A DNA stretch of 33,296 nt from positions 1 through 33,296 of the forward strand of contig JAPEUG010000178.1 of NCBI GenBank assembly GCA_026025795.1. The letters run 5' to 3'. Source of the stretch: Thelocarpon superellum. Its lineage: Eukaryota. A program made the position numbers and the translations under genes. This document shows positions 23,525-33,296 of the stretch, piece by piece (positions within the stretch are counted from its first letter, which is position 1; every line of letters begins with the position of its first letter). The notes beneath the pieces were generated by a model that was given only the letters and a program-made list of their open reading frames with translations, had not been told where the DNA came from and ran no database searches.

Positions 23525-24662
23525 ATGGACCATATCCCGATTAAGCCCTTGCCGCTGCAGCGGCACCACACCGACCGGCGAGATGGATCTCCGCCTAAAC
23601 ATCACCATCCCCACATCCACCGACACCATCGGGACAAGAGCACCTCACAAGCCGCCCTCCAGCCCACGTCTCCGAACCCGGTTCATGAAGTGGGCGCCAA
23701 GAAGACCCGAGCTCCGAGCCTTGACGGCACCCTCCCCGGAGCCGCACTTCCCTCGCGGCCCGAGAGCGTCAAAGTGGTCGGCGAGTCCAACGACAGGGGC
23801 CTCGGCCTGGATGCGATCTGGCGAAGAGACCAGGTGGTGAATGAGGCAGCGCTGGCGCTGGAGAAGGAGAAGAGCAGGATGAGAAACCAGTGCGTGAACA
23901 TATCCATTCCAAACCCGCGTTCGCCACTGACCCGGCCGGGTGCCTAGGGAGCTCAGTGCGAGTCTGGCGCAGCTGAACAGCCTCTCAAACAAGACGACTC
24001 GCCGCCTCGATGACACCTATTATGCGATCCTGGAGAAGCTCTCGGGACTGGAGTCCTGCATCAGTTCCTTACGAGAGATCTCTCGCTTGACGTCCCAACT
24101 ACGTTCCGAATTCGACATCGACGCCTCGGAGCTGGAGACAGAGGTCCGCACGCAGCTGCATGATTTTGAAGGGTTCAAGAAGCAGGAGGAGAGCGTTCTT
24201 GGGCTCGAGGCCAGGGTCAAGGCCGGCAGGGCAAAGGCGGCGGCGCTGGTCGACCGACTCCAGCAGGTGCGGGCCCGCGTTGATGGCTTCGAGCGTAAAG
24301 AGCTAGAATGGCAGGCCCGCGCGAGCCGTATGTCTCTCCTGCTCCTGGCAAGCAACCCGGCTTTATGTGAATCTTCTAACGGGTGGCGGTCTGCAGGGCG
24401 ATTGCAAATGCTGTGGGCCATCATTGCCACTGGTGTCTTCATCTACTTTGCCTTGATGATCCTCCATTACACGCGAAACCACGCCTATCAGCTGGATATC
24501 TCAATCGATCATCCAAATGGCTCAATGGGGCTGCAGGACCTGCTGGCAGAACTCAGCAGCTCTGATCCGCCACCACGACCGTCCAGTGTCCTGCCTAGTC
24601 CACCGCCTTCACCGTCTGCCACGCGCACCCAGGACCGCTTACGGCTGTTGGATGAGCTCTAG
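23525..24662 (+). CDS. Uncharacterised coiled-coil protein with single TM helix and C-terminal LDEL, ~336 aa, 3 exons
   Basis: Exons 23525-23889, 23948-24327, 24397-24662. Introns 23890-23947 (58 nt, GTGCGT..CTGAC..TAG) and 24328-24396 (69 nt, GTATGT..CTAAC..CAG). Heptad-rich middle and TM segment MLWAIIATGVFIYFALMIL. The start codon is uncertain. Confidence 0.8.
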
Positions 24663-24827
24663 CAGGACCGTGTGTGTCCCTTTTTCTTTAGAGCATGGTG
24701 AGGCGTTGACTGGGTCGTGCTGCTGGAGATACCCACAGTCATCCATCACAATGTACCACATAGCTGGATTTGACCACATGAGGAGCTGGAGATCGATCTA
24801 TGAAGGCGGGCTAGACCAGGTAGATCA

Positions 24828-25654
24828 TCAAGGCCCGGCCGCGCTTTTCTTCTTCTTGTCTTCGATACAATCCACATTCTCCTCCGGAATATCGGTGTAG
24901 GTCTCGGTGACCCAATCATAGATCTCATCGCTCAAATCCCCTTGCACGACAATCTCCTCGCCGCCGCTCGCCGTCTTGGTCACGCTGCTGCCCGTGGCGA
25001 ACTTCTTCCCAAAATCCTTGGCCACCTTCTTCAGGTCCAGACCATGCGCCTCCAGTCCCGACACGGCCGTGACGTATTTCCGCTTATTCCGCTCTACCCG
25101 CTTGATCAGCACCTTGGCGGACATTTTGCGCTCATGCTCCCGCGCCTCCGCCGCCTCGGCCTTGGCTGCCTTCTTGTCCGCATCCTTGGCCGCGCGCTTC
25201 TGCGCGTCCACCGACAAGCTGGACATGGCGCTCTCCACGGCTTCTGTCGCCGGAAAGGAATGCATCAGCGACGAGGCTCCATGGGCATCATGCCAGGGCC
25301 ACACCCACCATCGCTGTAGATGCGGGCGTACATGGCCGGGTGCTTCTTCTCCAGCCACTCTTGACATTTCTTCACCGTGCCGCCGAACTCGCAGTACTAC
25401 GCACTTGGCGCATCAGGATCGGGCGCTACAGCTCCTGCAACGTGACCCGTCCTAGGGACATGTTGCAGCTCGCTCGAGGAGGGATCGGGCTTACTTCAGG
25501 AGGAAGCGTGCACACTGGAAGAGCCACGAATCAGCTCTTTGGCCCGACCCCAATCGATCCCACCAGAGTGGGGGGATTGACCTTCGCAATAGACCACGCG
25601 CCGCGCCTGGGGTAGGCTCGGCCCGCCATCTCCGCCACTGGCTACCTCTGCCAT
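24828..25654 (-). CDS. TMA22: Translation machinery-associated protein 22 (DENR, SUI1 domain), ~198 aa, 4 exons
   Basis: Exons 25654-25582, 25514-25495, 25396-25309, 25243-24828. The spliced N-terminus VVYCEVCTLPPEYCEFGGTVKKCQEWL (Zn site) and the SUI1 domain IKRVERNKRKYVT..KKFATGSSVTK..EEIVVQGD are diagnostic. Confidence 0.96.
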
Positions 25655-27214
25655 GGCGAAGAATGTGCGTACAGACTTCTTGACCGGTCGACGACGTCGA
25701 CGTCTTTCGAGGTGCAATCGTGGCCAATTGCGCGCTGCACAGCTGCACTCAATCTCGAATCGAGCACGAAGCGTCGCGTGGCTGCTTACGTAATGCGGAG
25801 CAGGCGCCGAAGGGCGCGGGGGTGGGGGAGGTGGCTCGAGGTCTTCCTCACGATAATCAGCGAGATGGTATCATAGCCAGGCGGGCGTTTGCTTCGGGTT
25901 ATGGGCCCCTTCCATCAAGTCGTAATTATTGGTATGGCGATTCCCCCAACTATGCGTTGTCGTGACCATCGTCTGGGCCATATCTTCCATCCCCGACATG
26001 GAGTACAGCTGTATCTGTATGCAAGAAGACGTATGCACCCCCCATCATAGGGTCTCATCAGAGACCGGATCGATGATTGCCACCTCCACCGTAGGCGGGA
26101 GGACAACCAATAGAGATGGGACGGCTCCTACCATGTCAGATACGCAAATTCCTGGCTGCAGAGCTCAAATTCTGGCCATGTATATCGCGGAGTCAAATCG
26201 TGAACTTGTCTCGCTATCTGTACCTGGGCATTGCCGCCGGGACATTCGGGTCGCCACCACTCTAACAACACGCTACCCAACCTTGGCCCTGCCAGCCACT
26301 GCGCGTAGGGAGATGACCATATTCGACTATGGACTGGAAGACCCTGAACATGCGTGGGAAGATGACCAAGAAGACGGCATCCAGCTCCGACGGTCCCCTT
26401 ATTGGAACTTCGGTTATTAACAGAGGGGGGTTTACTTCATGGTCGCCACATGGCGAGGGCCGGGCGCGTGCGGAATGATTTCGTGTGTTAAAGATCGGAG
26501 CGCATCGAAAATAGGTCGGGAGGAGTCGGAGGGTTGAGATAAGGCGATCGAGCAACCCCTACGACCCTACCCGATCGGGCTTCTAGATCACCCAGCGTGG
26601 TGCCGAACACCGTGGTGGGAATAATGGGCGTGGGAGGGTGGGGTAAGGCGGCCGAGCGGCGAGACGCACCAGCCACACCTCCCACCCTGGCGGGCGATGC
26701 ATGCGTGCGTGCTGCCGGTCTTTCGGCCACCGCCATGGGGGTCGTGCTGCCTAAGCGTTAGGCGGCTGTCTCCTTAACAAAGCTCTGTCTGCTCCAACCA
26801 ACACACGTCTCCGTCCGCCCCTTATCGGCGATCTTGGGTCCTACGCAATAATCCGCTTCGGCAATCGGTACTTCTGCCCACTCGTTGAGACACCGTTCTA
26901 CGACTCTTCCCCGGAGTATCAGCTTGTCGTCCTCTCCTATCAATCGCTACTTCGGGACATCCAAGTGATCCGCTGTTGATCTGCGGAAAACATTGCTGCA
27001 TCTGAACGAATCCCAAGAAGCGCCCGATTTGGGGGTTCCTGCCCGAGTCGAAACGCACGCTAGAGCGTGGGGTAGGTCGCCGAATGCGACCGTCTGCTCG
27101 CGCAGTCGCATGCCCTAATAATACGAGCGTGCGTGGAACATGGCACATACCGGTACTAACATCTGTGAGGGCGGAATGGCGACCATGGTCGGTAATAATG
27201 TCGCAACCATCGGT

Positions 27215-27335
27215 AGCAGCAGCAACAGCAGCACCAGCAGCAACAGCAGCAACAGCAGCAACAGCAGCAACAGCAGCAACAGCAGCAACAGCAGCAACAG
27301 CAGCATCAGCAGCAACAGCAGCATCAGCAGCAACT
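27215..27335. repeat. 9-nt tandem repeat (GCAGCAACA) x13, with three variant units
   Basis: 27219-27335 is 117 nt, i.e. 13 units. Variants are GCAGCACCA (once) and GCAGCATCA (twice), and the last unit ends ACT. Confidence 0.95.
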
Positions 27336-30300
27336 GAGCAACAGGTATACTGGAGTCCGTGCGCAGTGAGGCTTGCATGTGCAACGACCAGGGTGCACCG
27401 TGGCTGCAGCAGAGTTGACCTCGGAAGTGAGCTTGCGAGGGCCTGCATGCAGGCGATCGGCACTGCGGACATGACGCCACAGCGTGCAGGGCATGGATGG
27501 CTCAGTCGAGCTGGAACCCCCACCCCGCCCACCGCCCTTTCCGACACACCCTCCGTGATTGCGACCGCACGCAGGCTGCGCTCGCAATGGACCCCACGCT
27601 CCGCGACGAAGGGCTGGGCTGGCCCCCACAGAGTTCCTTGATGCATGCATGGATGAGTGCTGACAGACACCCGGCATGGTGACGCTGTTGGCCAGCGCTG
27701 TAGCAGATTACTGTTCCAGACCCGACCATGCCTTGCTTTCCAAGCGAGCCCGGTGCAAACGCCGCATGTTTGGCCGGGCCTCGCTACTCTGGGGGGGAAG
27801 GGGGTGGGGGATTGAGGAGCGGGGGCTGGAGATTACTCGAGCTCGTACTCGTCTTTCCAACGTCAAGATCGTGGAAGCAGAGAACGACGACAAGGCCGTG
27901 GCTTCCGCAGAGACGGCGAAGCACGCAAAACTCGACGGGTACCACGCCGCAATGGCACGCACTAATCACCACCAAGTCCGCCTCATATTGATGAGCTCGG
28001 GTGGAAGTGAGCTTGCGCGTGTGAGTGCGGGTCGAAAGACGCAGCAAGAGCTAGGGCACGCGCAAGAATGCGATCGGCGGATGGGCAGATGTATACGACA
28101 ATCCGTGACCTGCATCGCCCGGTATGCGCCCAAGTACAAAGCCAAGAGCATCGTTTTCAATCTCTGGGAAGAAGATGACATTCCACCGCCGAGAGCCTCG
28201 TCTTCGCTGCCTCTTGACATGGCTTCGTCGGAGGATGCGGAGCATCGCCCAATGGAAAGGGCGGCGCGGCGGCGCGCACCACAACGCCGTTGTCGCCGAA
28301 GCGCGGTGGACTTGGACGGATCAACTGGGAAGGTCCTTGCCAGCCCACCAATCTTTTGGCGCTGGACTCCCTTCTTTCACTTAGCCGTATGGAGTCTGGC
28401 GAGCGCGACGGTCTTGACGGCTCATTGCCACACGTCGGATCTCTGGGAGCACGTAGAGGTACGGATGGACGAGACACCGGGGGAACGTAGGCGAGGCGAT
28501 CGCTACTGCGGTTTACTTGGACCCACCCACCATTCATCCTGCCTCACATTCGCCGTGAAATCGGTCTGGCTCCGGCCAGCAAGGCCTTGGCCCGCCTTTG
28601 ATGGTGTTTCGACCAGCAACACCCATGCGTGGGATCGTCTGAAGTCAGACTACTGCCCAAACATGCTCTTGACTGTTACTCGAAGGTTGTTTCGGGGTCC
28701 AGATCGATCCGGCTGCTTGCGCCATTTCCGGCGGGCGGTGGACATGCCCGGTGGCACCCGGACCCGCCGTCGAGTGGTTCGTCACTAGCCCTGGTACTCC
28801 ATCCCCGAGTCCATTAAAAACTGGAGACGATCGGACCAATACCGGACGCCGGCGAAGATAGGGCCAACGTATTTATGTCCAATGGCTATGTTCATTCGGC
28901 ATCACGGCGATTCGGAAGGCGTCGGTCTCCGAGACTCGCCCAGCGTCAGTCAAGGCATTAATCATGACCGTGGCTACTCGTGATCCGCTGCGTCCCTTTG
29001 ACGGGGCTGGTCGTTCGGGCGAAGCGCCCCGCTTCCAACTGGAGTCGAACTTCGTACTCCCGCACATGGACGCGTGCGGCGTTGGAGTCAACGAACATAA
29101 TTCCTGGGCGATACTGGGGAAGCGAGGAATGCACGTCGTTCAAGGCCAACATGGATCCGTGAGTCGCACGAAGACGTCTTGGAGAAAATAAAGGCAATTC
29201 TTTTGCTCCCGTCTTCTGCCCCGCTTGCGAGCGTCTCGCTTCTCGTGCTAAGCGCCCCTCACACACGCTCCACGCATGCACACGCAGCTATGTCCTTAGT
29301 TGGTAACACGCCACCCAGGTCGATGCACCCAAGACTCTCCAGGAAATCCCACCCCGACTCCGTCCCTGTCGATGCGCTAGGTCGGGGCGCTAACGAACTC
29401 CAGTTGCGTGCACGCCGTCCCCCCCCAGTCTGCCAGCACCGCTACCGTCGACGGTCAACCGGCCCAGTGGGCAGAAGGGCGAGTCGTGCCTGCCGGGAGA
29501 GGGGGGCTATCAACGTCTGCCCGGTAACCCAGTGGCCCCCGTTGCCCAGTCGGGCCAAGGAGGAGAAGAACGGCGTCGAGTCCGGCCAGCATTCCGGTCG
29601 CTCGCCAAGATGAGTCGTGCCGAAATCGAAGGCTCCGGCATGAGTCCTCGTAGCGTTCGTCACGATCGAAGGATGTGCGCCCGGGGCACTGGGACGCAAA
29701 TTTGAACCCGCCAGGTGACCGCCTGCGGCTTGCTTCATCGGACGCTTCGCGACCGATACGTGCGCGCCCTTCATCGCGACGTGGACCGTGGGATTACTTG
29801 TACAAGTAGTGCTGGCACTTGGGGCAATCCTCCGTAGTCATCGGACGTTGGACCGGGTTCGCTGGATCTGAGCGGCCGAGTGTCTGCCCCGCCCGCCTGC
29901 TGTAGCCCGTTGCCGTTGCCGTGCCCGTGGCCGTTGCCTCATTACTGCGACCTGTTGACTGCGCGGACGAGTAGGAAGACTCCTCTCCATCGGAGCCGTC
30001 GTCCCCAGAACGCGTGTGCAGCGACGGCGTGGCCGGCACGTCGAGCCCCACCGACGCCATCCTTGTCCTGACCGCCCAGTTACTGAGCCACAGCTCGATA
30101 AGCCAATCGCTTGCCTCTGCGCTGCTTCACCCCATCCCGCATTGGCCTCCGCCAGGACGTGAGCCCAGGACTCGCAACGAACAGGTTCTCCGCCGACCTT
30201 GACACATCCTTGCGCCGTCGCGGGTGTCGCTGGTTATCTCACCCGCACTCCAGTTGCCTCACCTCGCTCGTCCCTCTTTCCCCTCTCCTCCTCTTCTGTC

Positions 30301-30642
30301 ACCTCCGCCCTTTGTTACATCTCCGCACCCCGCGTCGCGCCGCTTGGACGGCGTAGACCACTGTCACACCGCCATTCCCCCCTCTTCCTACCAACCTGTG
30401 GCGGATTTTCGATCGTCCGTGACCTATGGTACCCTTCGTCCCGGCGTCGGTTGGTTTCTGGGATACGGCGGAGGAAGTTCGTGTGGACTCGACCATCCCA
30501 TTCACTCGCTGGATCCTCGACTCGATCGTCAACACGTCACCCGTCCCCGCTGTGCCATTTCCAACGCTCGTCTCACGCATTTGGAGCCTCTGAGCCTCAA
30601 ATTGGCGGCCGTTTCCGCTGCATTCGCCGCCCGAGGAGCAGA

Positions 30643-32473
30643 ATGACCGAGGTCTTAGCTGCCCCGGTGCATACGGACGGGCCTTCATATTTCTCACGAC
30701 CCTCTTCCCTCCGGCGGTCACCGTCGTCGTCCTTCTTGGTTGGCTCGCCGGACGCGTACACCCGACCCTCACCAGAGCCTCGCCCCGTACCCCACGACTA
30801 CGCCGAGCGATTCAGTCAATCCGCACCCTCGACCGCGCCCTCGTCACCTCCGCCATCGCAATCCAGCTTCGCCCCGTCGTCCTTTCTGTCGACGCCCGCC
30901 AGCAGCCTCTCCTTGGACACGAAAATCGAGGAGGAAGGTGTGGACGAGGACCAAATCATCTTCCCGTCATACGACGACGTTGCATACCCAGCACCGCACG
31001 ACGTCCTGGATGCGTCGTCGGCCCCCAACGCAGGCGATGCGTTGACCGCCCTGCCGACCGCCGATGTGCAGCCGGGCCCCCTTCCGACGCCGGTGGCTGG
31101 ATCGAGTTCGCCCGATCTGACCATCGTGGCAGAAGATGATACGGCCGTGCGACATCAACCTTCGCGGCACGTGGACTATCTCTCACATGATTGGCGGGAA
31201 GAGGACATTTGGTCATCGTGGCGACACATCGTGTCGAAGCGGAAAGAGTACGGGAATAGTTCACGGCTGGAAAATGCATCGTGGCGCACATGGGCCAAGG
31301 CCAAGTACCGGCTGAAGACCGTGTCGCCCGAGACGTTGAATTGGTATGCCTCAGCCCCCTCGGTGGTAGGGCTCTGTACTAACCCACCTCAGGCTGAAGG
31401 ATTGCGATGTCACCTGGCTCTACGGACCGCTCCAGACGGGCTCCACGCGGTCATTACTGCCGTCGAGCACCCCTGGCGGAAGCCGGCTGTCCAAGTCCAA
31501 TTCGTTCTTGGACAAGAAACCAATTTTGAAGAAGCGCAGCATGTCCGAGGTGATGCTCCAACGGTCCATCTCGGCTTCGTCGCTATTGAAGCAAGCGGCG
31601 GCCGCGGTGCAAGCGCAGCAAAGCGACGTGCCCAACGAGCGTATCTACATCCGACCGGGCATCGGCCGGGCGGCATCAGACTTCATGCCGTCCACCTTTG
31701 TCCCATCCTCGTCGCTGAGCGATGAATCCTCGGGCGCGCAGTCTTCCGCTGCGATTGCGTCGGCTTCATCCTCGGGCCTCCAGACCCCCGGCATCTGCGA
31801 GAAACGGCACATCCATTTCAACGACAAGGTCGAGCAATGCATCGCGGTGGAGGTCAAGGACGGGGAAGACGACGACGATGACCACAGCAACGCCATCGAT
31901 AGTACCGATGATGATGATTCGTCGGACGACGGCGTGATCATGATGAAGCGGTCGTCTTCCAAGGCGCGACTGAGCAATCGAAGTACGCCTCGGAATAGCT
32001 TCAGCGGCGACAGCAAGACGATCGCGATGCTGCCCTCCACCACGCTCAAGTACCGCGAGGACACGTCTGATGCCGCGGGATCGGAGGTGGGCCGGCTCGG
32101 CCGGAGCTGGAACTCCAACAAGCTCCTCTCCCCCTCGCCCAGCCAGGAGACGCTACGGCCAAGCCAGCCGTCGGCGAATTTCCTCCTGGATGACGAGGAT
32201 GATGACGAGGACATGTCGTGGGAACCATCGGGCGCCTACGCGCAGGGAGCGGACGAGGGCTTCCACGAGCGAGGGCGCTCGCTGGGTGCCGCGGCCCGTG
32301 GTGAGGACGAAGAGCGAACGGGGCTCCGGCGGACACCGTCCGGTATGTTCATGCCCTACGAGGAAGATGAAGATGACGCAGTGGCGGCGGGCCTCTTCGG
32401 CCGCGTGGTGGATACGGTGAACACGGCCAAGGACATTGCCCACGTCATCTGGAACGTGGGCTGGCGGCGATGA
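30643..32473 (+). CDS. REG1: Protein phosphatase 1 regulatory subunit, Reg1/Hex2-like, ~593 aa, 2 exons
   Basis: Exons 30643-31343 and 31393-32473, intron 31344-31392 (49 nt, GTATGC..TACTAAC..CAG). Motifs HVDYLSHDWREEDIWSSW, RLENASWRTW, ETLNWLKDCDVTWLYGPL, KKPILKKRS, the PP1-docking RHIHF, and C-terminal DTVNTAKDIAHVIWNVGW. Confidence 0.93.
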
Positions 32474-33211
32474 TGACGGCGGATTCTTGCCTTGCTCGAA
32501 CCCCTCGCCATCTACCCTTTCTCATCTTCAACGTGGCTCTCGGCGTTGGAGCGGCTTGATCAGGCGTTTTGAGTGGGGGCTTTGGCTGGGTGGATCCCCT
32601 CCTTCCCCAGCGGGGTGCTTCTGAGCGTCACCAGCATGGACGGCGCTGTTGCTTCGGATTTCTTCTCCATCCTTCTTTGGCGGGGCTCTACCGCAGCGTA
32701 TGGCCCGCGCACCCTCTGTGGATGGGCAATGGCGGGGCCGACGGCCTGGGGCGAGCGGTTGTAGATCGAGCGTGCGGCTCCGACAAAATATACTCTTGGG
32801 ATCTCTTCGCGGCCTCTTCGACGACGGTCTTGACCCTGTCGGCATCCGGCAAGCGTGCACACGCAGTACCGGATCTATCGTAGATGACGCCCGTAGATGG
32901 TTGGCCGCAGGACATGCGTAGGTGGCGGCGGCGGTATCACTTGTCTGTGTGCGAGGTACCAGCGTGGTGGACCGGCGTATGAGCAAGTTGGGAGGGCCTC
33001 ATCCCATTGGCCGACTCGAGCACGGCAGGACTGGTGTGGCGTCGGTGCGCCACGACCGACCCAAGCCAAAAGCTCCGTGCCCCCCCCCTGGAAGCTTGAT
33101 CTGCATCATCTGGACGCCCAATCGGGCCCAAGCCAAGGGGACCTCTTGTCTGACGACGACGCTGACATAGCCGGTGAGGAGACGTGGGCAGCAGCGCCTC
33201 GATCGCCCAGC

Positions 33212-33296
33212 ATGGAGAACGTCAACGTCGCCGAGCTCGTCGAACGGCTCGGCAGCGACAAGGACGCGGTGCGCAAGATGGCGGCCTTCAAGCTGC
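33212..33296 (+). CDS. N-terminus of a probable ELMO/CED-12 family protein (truncated by window end)
   Basis: ATG at 33212 in context CAGCATGG, translating MENVNVAELVERLGSDKDAVRKMAAFKL. This resembles the fungal ELMO N-terminus as I recall it (L..RLGSD.DAVRKMA.FKL). Only 28 codons are visible. Confidence 0.65.
   Translation, partial: MENVNVAELVERLGSDKDAVRKMAAFKL

Noticed and set aside
25929..26943. 163-aa (+) and 61-aa (-) ORFs with locally protein-like stretches
   Set aside because: The track starts are non-ATG codons and I recognise no family, so the evidence is too weak even for a pseudogene call.
27215..27335. Tandem repeat considered as a CRISPR-like or telomeric array
   Set aside because: The 9-nt units are contiguous with no spacers, the unit is not TTAGGG-like, and the context is eukaryotic and chromosome-internal.
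29695..29716. GGGTTCAAAT on the minus strand, resembling a tRNA T-loop/B-box
   Set aside because: The T-stem does not pair and no acceptor, D or anticodon arms can be built.

Overview
GC-rich eukaryotic DNA from a filamentous ascomycete (Pezizomycotina-type). Introns are GT-AG, mostly 45-70 nt, with CTRAY/TACTAAC branch sites. The six-frame ORF track is misleading here because most genes are spliced, so I rebuilt them by hand. Ten complete genes and one partial gene are supported: a GAF-domain protein (-), an MFS transporter (-), a disordered hypothetical protein (-), cytidine deaminase (+), the Vps10/Pep1 sorting receptor (-), a mitochondrial ornithine carrier (-), Cgr1 (+), a coiled-coil single-TM protein ending in LDEL (+), Tma22/DENR (-), a Reg1-like PP1 regulator (+), and the first 28 codons of an ELMO/CED-12-like gene (+). 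I found no rRNA, tRNA, CRISPR array or recognisable transposase. This is mostly an ordinary housekeeping neighbourhood, and I cannot demonstrate a novel multi-gene system. The best leads are a 13-copy 9-nt repeat that reads as an antifreeze-glycoprotein-like (Ala-Ala-Thr)n tract in the 5 kb Tma22-Reg1 gap, the xDEL-tailed coiled-coil membrane protein, a GAF protein with no output domain, and several splicing or translation oddities.
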